DNA of 35,340 nt. Origin: an uncultured Erysipelotrichaceae bacterium. Its GTDB lineage: Bacteria > Bacillota_I > Bacilli_A > RF39 > UBA660. The stretch is from NCBI GenBank assembly GCA_951801995.1, contig CATOOY010000002.1, forward strand, positions 1-35,340, read 5' to 3'. The notes under the pieces were generated by a model that ran no database searches, was not told where the DNA came from, and saw nothing but the letters and a program-made list of their open reading frames with translations. Positions 25,249-35,340 of this stretch are shown here, in pieces (within the stretch, counting starts at the first letter, position 1; every line of letters starts with the position of its first letter). The position numbers and the translations under genes are program-made.

Positions 25249-27634
25249 GTAATTTTAAGAATAATTGAATAAACTTTCTCTCTAAACCTTTACTACTAAG
25301 TTTACGAATCTCAATCCTTTTTTTCTTAATAGACAAATCACTAAAGAAAATAGCATCTACTTTTTCTTTCATTTCTGTTTCAATCTGTAAATCAGATAAA
25401 ATAGATTCAATATCTTCATTAATAATACGTACAGCATCTATTTCAATATCTTTTCCCTTACAATTAATAGTAAGTTGTTTTAATGTATCTACATTTTTTA
25501 CTTCTACCACAAAATCTGTACCATCTACATAACTAGTAAAAGGAATAGCTACATCTTTTAAATAAACTGTAACTTCCTTAGATTCTTTTGTATTACGGAA
25601 ACGGAATGTATAATTTCTCATACTAGGTATAATTCCACTTTTTCCCTCAATAGCTCTTACAATGACAGTATAATTATTAGGTAAATAATTATAATCAATA
25701 TTTGTCTTAATATAAAAACCTTGTTTATAAAATTCACTCATTCCATCATCTTCATAAAGAGTATAGGAATTACTTTTACCAGGAAATACTTGAATTTCCA
25801 TATTTTTAGGTGGATTGGTATCGTTGGTGTTTTCATTCTCTCCAAAAACAAGAATAGAACCTTCCTTTGCAAATACAGGATATTCATTATCTTTAAAGAA
25901 AGAAATATAACGTTTAGGACCAGGAAATTTTTTTCCTGTAACAAAGTCATACCAAACTCCTTCTGGTACAAAGAAACGATGAATAACTCTATTCATGATA
26001 TAATCTTTCTTAGCAACAATAGGCGCTACAAAAAGTTGACTACCAAAATAATACTCATTATGATAAAGTGGATCATCATATAAATCTGGAAAATTATAAT
26101 AAATAGGAATAATAAGAGGTACACCATTTTGATGATAATGATAAGCCTCTGTATAAAGATAAGGAATCATACGATGACGCAAATGCAGATAGTCTTTTAC
26201 AATCTCATATGTTTTAACGCCCCATTTCCATGGTTCTCTTTTATAATATTTTCCACTATCAGAGCCAAATTTCAAAATAGGACTAAAAGTACCTAATTGA
26301 ACAAAACGAGTATAAAGTTCACTATCTTCTGTTCCTTTATGATATCCACCAATATCATGTGCCCAAAAACTAACGCCTATATTGGTACTTGCTGCATTAT
26401 GAAAAGCAACTTGTTTTAATGTATCCCAACTAACCACTGTCTGTCCAGAATATAAAATAGGATAACGATGTGCTGCTATTTTAGCATTACGAGTAAGTAT
26501 CATACTTCTACGATTCACATTTCGCATCATATCATAAGTATGATAATGATTTAAAATCCATAACTGATCTACATTTTTCCCATTGGTATCAAGAAAATAA
26601 AAATCAACACCTAAATTATCTAAAGGATGTATAAACATTTTGAAATAAACATCTATCGTTTTAGGATCCAAAACATGAAAAGGAATTATACCATTTTTAT
26701 CAGTCTCCAAATATTCTTTCGCTTGTGTATAATAGGTGTCAAAAGGATATAAACCTTCTAATGGATTAATATTAAGTCCAAGATGTATATGTTTAGCGTG
26801 TAGTGCTTGAATCAGTACTTCTGGATTTTTAAAAAGAGTCTGATTAAAAGTAAAACCTGTTCTAAGTGCTAATTGTTTTTCATAAGTACGAATATGCCAA
26901 TCAGGATTCAAAAGAAATACAGATAAAGGAATTTCTCTTCTTTCAAATTCCGAAACCAATTTTTGTACACCTTCATCAGTATAGTTAAAATTACGAGCCC
27001 ACCAATTTCCAAAAGCATATCTTGGTAAAAGTGTAGGAGCACCTGTAAGTTTAAAATAGTCTTTAAGTGCTAAAGAAAAATCTTTTCCATAAAGAAAAAC
27101 ATAGATATCAGCAGCTGGTGACGTTTTTTCTTGTATAGTACCATCTTCACCAATAAGAAATGTTTTAGAATCATCTAAGCTTACAAAACCATCCAAAGAG
27201 TATAAACTTTTCATCCCCTTATTTTTACCTGTATCTGTCATAAGGTCTAGATAAGGTGCAGGATATGTTCTTGCTTCTGGATGTTTATAATACCAAGTAC
27301 GATCTGCATGAAGGAGATCTATTTTTAAATTAGACATAGGGTTTATTTTATTTCCTATAAATGGTTTTTCTTTTAAATAAGAAAGTTTAAAGTAAGAAGT
27401 AGTAATTTGGAGTAAAGAGCGATCTTGCTTTACATGAAATTTAGGTACAGCAAAATCACGATCTATTGCAAGTTCAGTAGGAAGATCATTAAAAATCCCA
27501 TCTTCACTATATTCAAGTCTCACTAATCTTTCTGATAAAACTGTAATTCTATATTTTTCTCCTTGTATAATAGATTTTTGTTTAGAAACAGTTTTCCTTT
27601 TATCTATTTTAAAATGTTCTCCTAAATTATACAT
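25226..27634 (-). CDS. Glycoside hydrolase family 31 protein (alpha-glucosidase / alpha-xylosidase-like)
   Basis: 802 aa with the GH31-type blocks GVDFYFLDTNG (nucleophile region) and SFWAHDIGGY (acid/base region). The start lies 12 nt after the pyk stop, with an AAGGGTGA SD. Confidence 0.85.
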   Translation of the reverse strand: MYNLGEHFKIDKRKTVSKQKSIIQGEKYRITVLSERLVRLEYSEDGIFNDLPTELAIDRDFAVPKFHVKQDRSLLQITTSYFKLSYLKEKPFIGNKINPMSNLKIDLLHADRTWYYKHPEARTYPAPYLDLMTDTGKNKGMKSLYSLDGFVSLDDSKTFLIGEDGTIQEKTSPAADIYVFLYGKDFSLALKDYFKLTGAPTLLPRYAFGNWWARNFNYTDEGVQKLVSEFERREIPLSVFLLNPDWHIRTYEKQLALRTGFTFNQTLFKNPEVLIQALHAKHIHLGLNINPLEGLYPFDTYYTQAKEYLETDKNGIIPFHVLDPKTIDVYFKMFIHPLDNLGVDFYFLDTNGKNVDQLWILNHYHTYDMMRNVNRRSMILTRNAKIAAHRYPILYSGQTVVSWDTLKQVAFHNAASTNIGVSFWAHDIGGYHKGTEDSELYTRFVQLGTFSPILKFGSDSGKYYKREPWKWGVKTYEIVKDYLHLRHRMIPYLYTEAYHYHQNGVPLIIPIYYNFPDLYDDPLYHNEYYFGSQLFVAPIVAKKDYIMNRVIHRFFVPEGVWYDFVTGKKFPGPKRYISFFKDNEYPVFAKEGSILVFGENENTNDTNPPKNMEIQVFPGKSNSYTLYEDDGMSEFYKQGFYIKTNIDYNYLPNNYTVIVRAIEGKSGIIPSMRNYTFRFRNTKESKEVTVYLKDVAIPFTSYVDGTDFVVEVKNVDTLKQLTINCKGKDIEIDAVRIINEDIESILSDLQIETEMKEKVDAIFFSDLSIKKKRIEIRKLSSKGLERKFIQLFLKLLDYIGSM

Positions 27635-27646
27635 AATATCACCCTT

Positions 27647-29062
27647 TTATATTTCTTCTATCTTCATAAAATTTGTATGTTTTACGTCCTTAAATGGATA
27701 ACCTCCTGTAATAATAATTTTATCACCACTATCAATAGGAATAAGTTCCTTTGTAATATTTTTAGATGTATGAATAATTTTATCAAGTGTATGAAGCTCA
27801 TCAATATGAACACCTCGTACAGCAAAGTGAAGTGCTAAACTTCTAACTGTCTCTTCATCAGGAGATACAGCAATAATAGGACAACTAGGACGAAAACGGC
27901 TCATTTTTCTAGCTGTATATCCACTCATAGTAGGAGCTATAATAGCTTTACATTTAAGTCTATTTGCACAATCTGTTACACTATATACTAAAGATCCTGT
28001 TATATCCTGTTTTTCACTACGCATTGATTTATCTAAAAGTTCATAATAATTAATATCTTCTTCTGAACTAGTAATAATTTTATCCATCATAGTAAGTGTT
28101 TCAACAGGATATTTACCAATAGTAGTTTCCCCAGCTAACAAAACAGCATCTACACTATCTAAAACAGCATTCGCAACATCAGAAACTTCTGCACGAGATG
28201 GTCTTGCTTCTGTTTCCATAGAAGACAAAAATTCAGTGGCTACAATACTTACTTTCCCCATTAAATGACATTTATTAATAATACTTTTTTGTATGCTAGG
28301 CACTCTCTCCATAGGAATTTCTACACCAAGATCTCCACGTGCTACTAATATACCATCACTTACTTTAATAATTTCATCAATTTCTTCTACTGCAGATTCA
28401 TTTTCAATTTTTGCAATAATGCCTAAATGATCATTTCCCATTTCAATAAGTAAATCATTTACTTCTAAAACATCTTCTGCATTTTGTACAAAGGAAAGAG
28501 CTAAAAAATCAGCACCTATTTTATTTGCAAATAAAATATCATCTTTATCCTTGGTACCAATAAAAGGTAACCCCATTTTTACATTAGGAATATTGATACT
28601 ATCATTTTCACTAATTTCTCCACCATCCATTACTTCACAAAGTATATAATTTAAATCTTTGTCCACTACTTTTAATCGCACTTTTCCATCATGAAGTAAA
28701 ATCTCTGTATTATATTTTACATCGTCAATTAGTTTAGAATAACTAACAGAAAATTTAGTTTCATCCCCAAGTAAATCATCCATATATATACGTATGCGAT
28801 CTTCTTTTTTTAAAGTAACTTTAGGAGCATGTAGTCTACCAACTTGTACTTTGGGACCATTCAAATCAAGCATAATAGCAACATTGGTATTTAATTCTAC
28901 ATTTAGTTTACGTATTTTTTCCACCGTTTTTAAGCAAAAATCATAACTTGCATAACTAAGATTAAAACGTGCTACATCCATTCCAGCCATAATAAGACCT
29001 TTTAAAATATCGGTTTTTTCACTAGCAGGTCCAATAGTTGCTATAATCTTTGTCTTATTCAT
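27647..29062 (-). CDS. pyk: Pyruvate kinase
   Basis: 471 aa. It starts MNKTKIIATIGPAS and contains MVARGDLGVEIP-type motifs (LVARGDLGVEIPMERVP). There is no C-terminal PEP-utiliser extension. Confidence 0.96.
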   Translation of the reverse strand: MNKTKIIATIGPASEKTDILKGLIMAGMDVARFNLSYASYDFCLKTVEKIRKLNVELNTNVAIMLDLNGPKVQVGRLHAPKVTLKKEDRIRIYMDDLLGDETKFSVSYSKLIDDVKYNTEILLHDGKVRLKVVDKDLNYILCEVMDGGEISENDSINIPNVKMGLPFIGTKDKDDILFANKIGADFLALSFVQNAEDVLEVNDLLIEMGNDHLGIIAKIENESAVEEIDEIIKVSDGILVARGDLGVEIPMERVPSIQKSIINKCHLMGKVSIVATEFLSSMETEARPSRAEVSDVANAVLDSVDAVLLAGETTIGKYPVETLTMMDKIITSSEEDINYYELLDKSMRSEKQDITGSLVYSVTDCANRLKCKAIIAPTMSGYTARKMSRFRPSCPIIAVSPDEETVRSLALHFAVRGVHIDELHTLDKIIHTSKNITKELIPIDSGDKIIITGGYPFKDVKHTNFMKIEEI

Positions 29063-29079
29063 ACTATCACCTATTATAT

Positions 29080-29107
29080 ATTATACCAGTATTTTACTAC
29101 TTTACAA
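29080..29107 (-). promoter_or_regulatory. Sigma-A promoter for pyk: TTGTAA, 16 nt, TATAAT with an extended TG
   Basis: The minus strand reads TTGTAAagtagtaaaatacTGgTATAAT. An AGGTGA SD follows. Confidence 0.5.
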
Positions 29108-29128
29108 AGTAAAAATTTTATTTTTTAT

Positions 29129-29152
29129 AAAAAAAGAAACAACAATGTTTCT
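29129..29152 (-). terminator. Intrinsic terminator after the LRR remnant
   Basis: The minus strand reads AGAAACA-UUGU-UGUUUCU followed by U7. Confidence 0.55.
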
Positions 29153-29163
29153 AAAATATTATA

Positions 29164-29822
29164 TTATCCTACCCACTGTACACTTGCAGCTCCCCATGGA
29201 CTACCCGTAATACTTCCTTCTGCTTTATTTACTGTTACTTTCATATTTTTCTGATTATTGGAAAATGTATTATTTCCTATATAAGTTACACTACTTGGTA
29301 TTGTTATTTCTGTTAGTTGATTATTATTAAATGCTCCTGATAATATCTTTGTTACACTTTCTGGTATAGTTACACTTGTAAGTAAATTATTATAAAACAT
29401 ACCAGATGGTATTTCTGTGATTCCTTCTGGAATTTTTACATTCGTTAGTTGATTATCTCGAAATGCAATAGCACCTATCTCTTTTACACTATTTGGTATT
29501 TCTACACTTGTTAACTGATTTTTTTCAAATGCACCAGAACCTATACTTGTTATTCCCTCTGGTATTGTTACACTTGTAATTCCTTTTTCTTTAAAAACAT
29601 ATTCACCTATTTTTTTATTTCTACTCCATTTATAGTATTTGGTATCACTATATTTTTATTATTACATGTATATCCTATTATTTCCCATGGATCACTTTCA
29701 TTTACAGTAAAACAAGTCTCTGGTACATTGGGATCTTCCACCTCTACTGTACCACACTTTCCCATACTATAATCTGTTATAGTAACTTTTTCTTCATTTT
29801 TATTATATCTTTTTTTTCACAT
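29164..29822 (-). pseudogene. 5'-truncated, frameshifted paralog of the BspA-type LRR protein gene
   Basis: The frame starting at ATG-TGA (29822..29817) continues KKRYNKNEEKVTITDYSMGKCGTVEVEDPNVPETCFTVNESDPWEIIGYTCNNKNIVIPNTINGVEIKK and ends at TAG (29609..29607). The next frame continues IGEYVFKEKGITSVTIPEGITSIGSGAFEKNQLTSVEIP... into track ORF 29164..29400. The break is at an A7 run (plus-strand T7 at 29610-29616). There is no signal peptide or pilin module, and no FN3/MBG tail. Confidence 0.75.
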
Positions 29823-29844
29823 ATTGTAAAGAAAAAGTCAGTAT

Positions 29845-32800
29845 CTAAAATAAAGATAACTGACTAGATTCATCCATTCCATCTAAAATCCCCATCATAC
29901 GCATTTTATCAATAAGTGTTCCAGACACTTTCGCTCTTTTTTGTAAATCTTCTATACTTAAAAAGGGAGCCTTTTCTCTTTCTAATTCAATATTTTTAGC
30001 AACCGTAATTCCAAGACCATCAATAGAAGAAAAAGGAGGATAAATAGTATGATCATCTTTTACAGTAAAAATAGTGCCTTTACTATGTTCTAAACTAATA
30101 GGTGCAAATGTAATACCTCTTGCTGTTGCCTCTAAAGCAAGCCTTAAACATTCAAGAACACCTTGTTCCTTATTTGTAGCATCATATCCCTTTCCTAAAA
30201 TTTCTGTAATACGACGCCTAATGGCATCATATCCATCAATCATAACCTCTATATCAAAATCAGTAGCCTTAGTGGAAAACCAAGAAACATAGTACAAAAC
30301 AGGATAATGTACCTTAAAATAAGCAATTCGAAAAGCACTTGTAACATAAGCAGTAGCATGAGCCTTTGGAAACATATATTTAATCTTTCTACAAGATTCA
30401 ATAAACCAAGATTCAATATTAGCTTCCTCCATCTCCTTTGCAAAACCTTTCCAAGTTTCAAAATCCTTAGAAGCTTTCCCCTTACGAACAAATTCCATAA
30501 TTTTAAATGCCTTAATAGGTTTCATACCTTTATACATCAAATAAACCATAATATCATCACGACACCCAATAACATCCTTAAAAGGCACTATTTTATTTCG
30601 AATAAGTTCTTGTGCATTTCCAAGCCATACATCAGTACCATGAGAAAGACCAGATATTTTAATAAGTTCTGCAAATGTAGTAGGTTTTGTATCAACAAGC
30701 ATTCCAATCGTAAACGGCGTTCCAAATTCAGGAATACCAAGAGTTCCAGTTTCATTTAAAATCTGTTCTTTAGTAACACCAAGTGGCTTAGGAGATAAAA
30801 AGATACCCATTGTGTCTTTATCATCCAAAGGTACACTTGTTACATCCATATGAGAAATATCTTGTATCATACGAAGCTGAGTAGGATCAGAATGACCCAA
30901 TATATCAAGTTTTAAAACATCTTCATCAATTGCATGATAATCAAAGTGAGTAGTTCGCCATGCAGCCGTTGCATCATCAGCAGGATATTGAAAAGGAGTG
31001 AAATCAAATACATCCATATATCCTGGTATAACAACAATTCCTCCAGGATGTTGTCCTGTTGTTCTTTTTACACCAGTACACCCCTTTGCAAGCCTTTCTA
31101 TTTCAGCTGTACGCATCGTAATACCATTATCTTCACAATAGCCTTTTACAAAACCATAAGCTGTCTTATCAGCAACTGTACCAATTGTACCAGCTCTATA
31201 CACATTATCCTCTCCAAATAATACCTTTGTATATTCATGTGCATCTGCTTGATTTAAATCAGAAAAATTTAAATCAATATCAGGTACTTTATCTGCATTA
31301 AACCCAAGGAATGTTGCAAATGGCATATCATTTCCATCTTTAATCATTTTAGTTTGACAGCAAGGACAGTCCATATCAGGTAAATCAAATCCACTAGAAT
31401 AAGTTTCTCCTAAAGATTTCCCATCTATTTCAAAAATACTATGCTTGCAATTAGGACACATATAATGAGCAGACAAAGGATTAACCTCTGTAATTCCCAT
31501 CATAGTTGCTACAAAAGAAGAACCAACAGAACCACGACTTCCTACTAAATAACCATCATCATTTGAATGTTTTACTAATTTTTGAGCAATCAGATAAATC
31601 ACATCAAATCCCCCACCAATAATGCCACCAAGTTTTTTCTTCACTTGCTTATCTATTTCCTCTTTTGTTATTTCTTCTTCAGATATTCTCTTAATATAAG
31701 TAGCAATAAGATCTCGAACAGCATCCATTCCTTTTAAAATAATAGCATGTAAACGAGCAAAAAACTCTTTTTCAAATTCCAAAGAAGAAAGATTCCCCTC
31801 CTCTTTTAAATTGGCTTTAATTGTATCAAAAACACCATCCCCATAAAGCTCTTTAGCTATTCTCTCTTCAATATTGTAAGGAAGAGGATCACCATACATA
31901 TTCTTAGCCTTTTCATAAACCATTTCAGTAACAGTTTCTACAGAATGATCTATTTTAGGAGAAAAAGGAACCCCACCTGTTTCAATAATCACTTCAATTA
32001 TCTCTACCATATCTGCTATTTTATTCGTATTGATAACAACAATCTCTTTGGCCTTTTCTTCTCCTAGAAAAGCAAAATCATTAAGCATTTCCCTAGTTGT
32101 TCGAAAATGAAGAGAAGGAATTTCTTTAATAGAAGAACGAGCAAGAGGATGTCTTCCACCACCAGGAACTTTTTGATTCACAATAATTTTTCTATAAATT
32201 TTATCTTCTTCATTTAAATGATGAACATCTCCTGTTGCCACAATAAATTTACCTGCTTCTTCTGTAACTCTTACTATCTTTTCAATATTTTCAAGAAGCT
32301 CTTCCTTCTTCTCAAAATCCCCCATTTGAAGAAGGTGATCATAACAAATAGGAGGTTGTACTTCTACATAGTCATAAAAATTAATAATATTCGTAAGTTC
32401 TTCATCACTTTTTCTTCTAGCCTCTTTAAATACTTCACTTTCATAACACCCACTACCAATAAGTAAACCTTCTCTATATTCTTCAATTTTACTACGTAAA
32501 ATACGAGGGGTTTTATATAAATAAGTAGTATTTGCTAAACTAATAATCTTAAATAAATTTTTAAGTCCCTTTTTATTAAGTGCCAATATATTTATATGAT
32601 ATCCTTGTCCATATTTATAAATTTCATCTTTGGAAACAAGTTTATCCAAATCTACCATTTTTTCAAAATTACGATCATTTAATTTTTTTAACATTTTATG
32701 AAATACAAGAGCAGTTCCCTCTGCATCATAATCCCCTCTATGATGTGATGTTTCATCCCAAGGTATATTATATCTTTTTACAATAGCTGAAAGTCCATGT

Positions 32801-34470
32801 CTAGCATAATTATTATCAAGAATGCGAGAAAGTTCCAAAGTATCAATAACAGGATTTTTTAAAATGCCAAGATCATATTTTTTCATAGCCATTTCTAAAA
32901 AAGAAACATCAAATTTAGCATTATGCGCAACAAGTGGCAAATCCCCATACCAATCCATAAATCTTCTCACTGCATTTTCTTCTGTATCTTTATCTTTAAG
33001 CATCTCATCTGTAATAAAAGTAAGTTCTACAATTTTAGAAGGAAGAGGTCTACCAGGGTTAATAAGTTCATCATATCTTTCTATAATTTCACCATTTTTA
33101 ATTTTAACAGCACCTATTTCAATAATAGAATCTCCTCCAGCAGCATTAAATCCTGTTGTTTCAAAATCAAATACAACATAAGTATTATCAAGCATAACAG
33201 AATCATTTGCTCTTATTACAATATCTACTGTATCATCTATCATCAAAAGTTCAGTACCATAAATGGCTTTAAATTTATCCTCTTCTTTTTCGACTCCTTT
33301 ATTAACAGCTTGAACAAAACGATAAGCCTCTACAAATCCCTGTACACCATTATGATCTGTAACAGCACACGCTTTATGTCCCCACTTTTTAGCTGTTTTC
33401 AAAAGTTCTTTTGCTTCTACCACACCATCCATTTGGCTCATCTTAGTATGAGCATGTAATTCCACTCTTTTTTCTATTTCATCATCTATCCTATCTTCTA
33501 TTTTTTTATCTAGTCTATTAATATCACGAATAGAAAAAGTAAGTTCATTACTAAATTTATCATTTTTGACATTTCCACGAAAAGTAAACCAAGTACCTGG
33601 CGTTAAATTTTTCTGAAGCAATGTAAGTTCTTCTTCTTCATTTACAAATATTTTCCCAAACATACTATCTGTATAGTCCGTAAACTTAACAGTCAGTATT
33701 TTAAGTCCCGTTCTTGTCTCTTTTACCTCTATTTTATCAAATAAAGTTACCTCTACTGTTACATTGTTTTTTTCCATAATAACATCTTTTAATTTAGAAA
33801 CTTCACTATCTTTAATAACCCTACCAATTACAACATTTTCATCATGATCAACAATAAGTGGATTTTTTTTAAATGGATAATTTTTTTTCGTTTCAACTTT
33901 TTCCTCAGTAATAGGCTCTTTTATTGTAATTTCAGAAATGCGTTTAGCTTCTTCCATAAGTTCTTTATGAATTTCATCTTCAAATTTTTGTAAACTTGTA
34001 CTATCAAATTCTATTTTAAATGTATAAGGAAATCCACATTTCTTCATTTTAGAAGTAAAAGAAGGAATGATTTCAGAAAATTTCATTTCTTCTGCCTTAT
34101 TATGAACCTTTACAATAGCATTATCCTCTACGATTGTAACATCTACATCTTCAAGAGAAGCAAGCAAAGGATATTCCTCCTTATATTGTTTTAAATAAAA
34201 AGAAAAATATTCTAAAAAAGACTCTTTTTCTATATTTTCTAAAGTAAAACAAATATCTACTTTTTCTATTTTAGCATATACCTCTTTTAATTTATCATTT
34301 ATTTCTAAATAAAGAGACAAAGGCAAAGATTTAGGTAAGGTAACAAAGAAAACATATTCTGTTTTTTTATTATTTCCGACAATTTTATCTAATTTTCCAC
34401 CCTCAAAATAAACAGAATACTCTTGTTTTAAATCAAGCTGTGTAAAAAGTTTTTGCAACTTTGTTTCCAT
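29845..34470 (-). CDS. polC: DNA polymerase III alpha subunit, PolC type
   Basis: 1541 aa with PHP and OB regions, a 3'-5' exonuclease insert (VVFDFETTG, HNAKFDVSFL), a Zn-finger (CPNCKH...CPCC) and a polymerase core. Confidence 0.97.
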   Translation of the reverse strand: METKLQKLFTQLDLKQEYSVYFEGGKLDKIVGNNKKTEYVFFVTLPKSLPLSLYLEINDKLKEVYAKIEKVDICFTLENIEKESFLEYFSFYLKQYKEEYPLLASLEDVDVTIVEDNAIVKVHNKAEEMKFSEIIPSFTSKMKKCGFPYTFKIEFDSTSLQKFEDEIHKELMEEAKRISEITIKEPITEEKVETKKNYPFKKNPLIVDHDENVVIGRVIKDSEVSKLKDVIMEKNNVTVEVTLFDKIEVKETRTGLKILTVKFTDYTDSMFGKIFVNEEEELTLLQKNLTPGTWFTFRGNVKNDKFSNELTFSIRDINRLDKKIEDRIDDEIEKRVELHAHTKMSQMDGVVEAKELLKTAKKWGHKACAVTDHNGVQGFVEAYRFVQAVNKGVEKEEDKFKAIYGTELLMIDDTVDIVIRANDSVMLDNTYVVFDFETTGFNAAGGDSIIEIGAVKIKNGEIIERYDELINPGRPLPSKIVELTFITDEMLKDKDTEENAVRRFMDWYGDLPLVAHNAKFDVSFLEMAMKKYDLGILKNPVIDTLELSRILDNNYARHGLSAIVKRYNIPWDETSHHRGDYDAEGTALVFHKMLKKLNDRNFEKMVDLDKLVSKDEIYKYGQGYHINILALNKKGLKNLFKIISLANTTYLYKTPRILRSKIEEYREGLLIGSGCYESEVFKEARRKSDEELTNIINFYDYVEVQPPICYDHLLQMGDFEKKEELLENIEKIVRVTEEAGKFIVATGDVHHLNEEDKIYRKIIVNQKVPGGGRHPLARSSIKEIPSLHFRTTREMLNDFAFLGEEKAKEIVVINTNKIADMVEIIEVIIETGGVPFSPKIDHSVETVTEMVYEKAKNMYGDPLPYNIEERIAKELYGDGVFDTIKANLKEEGNLSSLEFEKEFFARLHAIILKGMDAVRDLIATYIKRISEEEITKEEIDKQVKKKLGGIIGGGFDVIYLIAQKLVKHSNDDGYLVGSRGSVGSSFVATMMGITEVNPLSAHYMCPNCKHSIFEIDGKSLGETYSSGFDLPDMDCPCCQTKMIKDGNDMPFATFLGFNADKVPDIDLNFSDLNQADAHEYTKVLFGEDNVYRAGTIGTVADKTAYGFVKGYCEDNGITMRTAEIERLAKGCTGVKRTTGQHPGGIVVIPGYMDVFDFTPFQYPADDATAAWRTTHFDYHAIDEDVLKLDILGHSDPTQLRMIQDISHMDVTSVPLDDKDTMGIFLSPKPLGVTKEQILNETGTLGIPEFGTPFTIGMLVDTKPTTFAELIKISGLSHGTDVWLGNAQELIRNKIVPFKDVIGCRDDIMVYLMYKGMKPIKAFKIMEFVRKGKASKDFETWKGFAKEMEEANIESWFIESCRKIKYMFPKAHATAYVTSAFRIAYFKVHYPVLYYVSWFSTKATDFDIEVMIDGYDAIRRRITEILGKGYDATNKEQGVLECLRLALEATARGITFAPISLEHSKGTIFTVKDDHTIYPPFSSIDGLGITVAKNIELEREKAPFLSIEDLQKRAKVSGTLIDKMRMMGILDGMDESSQLSLF

Positions 34471-34697
34471 ACTACCACCCTTTATTTATTGTATCAAAAA
34501 AAAGGCTTTTCGAGTAGCCCATTTTCTACATTTTTTGAATTTAAGCAAATCTTATTATAAAAAAGTAAAAAGTAAAATAAAATCTTATTTACAAATAATT
34601 TAACATTTTGCAAATAACCATATAAAAAATAACACTAAAATCACAAATGACTTAAATATCACTTTAAATTACGCAAATAATAAACATGTAAATGAAG

Positions 34698-35340
34698 TTA
34701 TAAATTAAGAATAAATAAAAATCTATCTCTACCACTTAAATCTTTTTCCACACTAATAATAGCTTTTGGAAAATACTCTTTTGCAAATGAAGAAAGTTTT
34801 AAACCCTGTGTACATCCAATCTCAAAAGCAAGCATATTTTTATCCTTTAAATAAGAAGAAGCCTCTTTTATAATTTTCTTATAAAAATAAAGCCCATCAT
34901 CCTCTGCATATAAAGCAAGATGAGGTTCATTATAATAAACAATATCCATCACATCTTCATCATATGACAAATAAGGAGGATTACTAATCAAAATAGAAAA
35001 ACGATCTTCTATATTTTGAAATACATCACTTTGTATAAAATGAATATCTGTTTCATTTAAAACAGCATTCTTTCTAGCTACCTCCAAAGCCTCTATAGAT
35101 ATATCAGAAGCAGTAATAGAAAATTTAGGAAACATTTTTTTTAAAGTAATTGCAATATTTCCACTACCAGTTCCTATATCCAAAACAGAAGCATGAAAAA
35201 AATTGTATTTTCGTATATAACTTGCTGTTTTAGAAACAAGTTCTTCTGTTTCAAATCTAGGAATAAGAACATTTTTATTTACCATCAGTTCATTTCCATA
35301 AAAATTAACATCTCCAACAATATATTGAACAGGTTCCCCA
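34698..35340 (-). CDS. prmC: Peptide chain release factor N5-glutamine methyltransferase (HemK/PrmC); the 5' end lies beyond the window
   Basis: The frame stays open to the right edge (..GEPVQYIVGDVNFYGNELMVNKNVLIPRFETEELV), matching the HemK PxQYIxG...VLIPRPETE block. It also has SAM motif VLDIGTGSGNI and catalytic NPPY (ISNPPYL). Confidence 0.85.
   Translation of the reverse strand, partial: GEPVQYIVGDVNFYGNELMVNKNVLIPRFETEELVSKTASYIRKYNFFHASVLDIGTGSGNIAITLKKMFPKFSITASDISIEALEVARKNAVLNETDIHFIQSDVFQNIEDRFSILISNPPYLSYDEDVMDIVYYNEPHLALYAEDDGLYFYKKIIKEASSYLKDKNMLAFEIGCTQGLKLSSFAKEYFPKAIISVEKDLSGRDRFLFILNL

Noticed and set aside
2137-29822. Possibility of TGA recoding (code 4 or 25), suggested by in-frame TGA in the IS remnant (about 2695) and at codon 2 of the LRR remnant (29819..29817)
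   Set aside because: All long core ORFs (polC at 1541 aa, rpoB, rpoC, leuS, tex) are uninterrupted under the standard code, and every Trp is TGG. TGA ends the genes at 3027 (followed at once by TAA) and at 11113. Both in-frame TGAs lie in sequences that are otherwise degraded.
34496-34520. Hairpin GGGCU-ACUCGAAA-AGCCU followed by U8, about 25 nt upstream of the polC start; a possible terminator or attenuator
   Set aside because: The stem is only 5 bp, including a G:U pair, with an 8-nt loop. That is too weak to call. It may just be the poly-T spacer of the prmC-polC intergenic region. I could not define a convincing polC promoter.
1-35340. Search for CRISPR arrays, tRNA, rRNA or other classical RNA genes, toxin-antitoxin pairs and defence islands
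   Set aside because: I saw no spaced direct-repeat arrays, no tRNA-like GTTCGAATC/T-loop contexts and no rRNA-like segments. The only tRNA-related signal is the T-box leader. The small XRE gene has no adjacent toxin-like partner.

Overview
A low-GC (about 30%) window from a Bacillota-type chromosome that uses the standard bacterial code. The long core ORFs contain no in-frame TGA. TGA is used as a stop at 3027 and 11113. Nearly all genes are on the minus strand.

Most of the window is conserved housekeeping sequence. It holds secE-nusG-rplK-rplA-rplJ-rplL, a small methyltransferase, and rpoB-rpoC, in the same order as the Bacillus rif cluster. It also holds tex, an rnhB / DHH phosphoesterase / MBL hydrolase operon, a T-box-controlled leuS operon, pyk followed by a GH31 glycosidase, polC, and a partial prmC. 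I could read sigma-A-type promoters, an L10-leader-like attenuator, two L1-leader-like elements, a Leu (CUU) T-box and several intrinsic terminators directly from the sequence.

The non-core sequence sits in three places:
- Positions 1-3760, downstream of rpoC: a lipoprotein gene, a BspA-type LRR surface-protein gene preceded by a prepilin-type N-terminal module, a decayed IS481-like transposase remnant, and a receiver-less Spo0A C-terminal-domain protein.
- Positions 29164-29822: a 5'-truncated, frameshifted paralog of the LRR gene.
- Positions 21207-22090: an XRE regulator and a lipoprotein transcribed divergently.

The pilin/LRR reading frames are broken at or beside homopolymer tracts, while long housekeeping genes that carry similar tracts are intact.

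I found no CRISPR array, tRNA, rRNA or recognisable defence system. I saw no clear multi-gene novel system. The best leads are the pilin-LRR locus and the orphan Spo0A_C protein.
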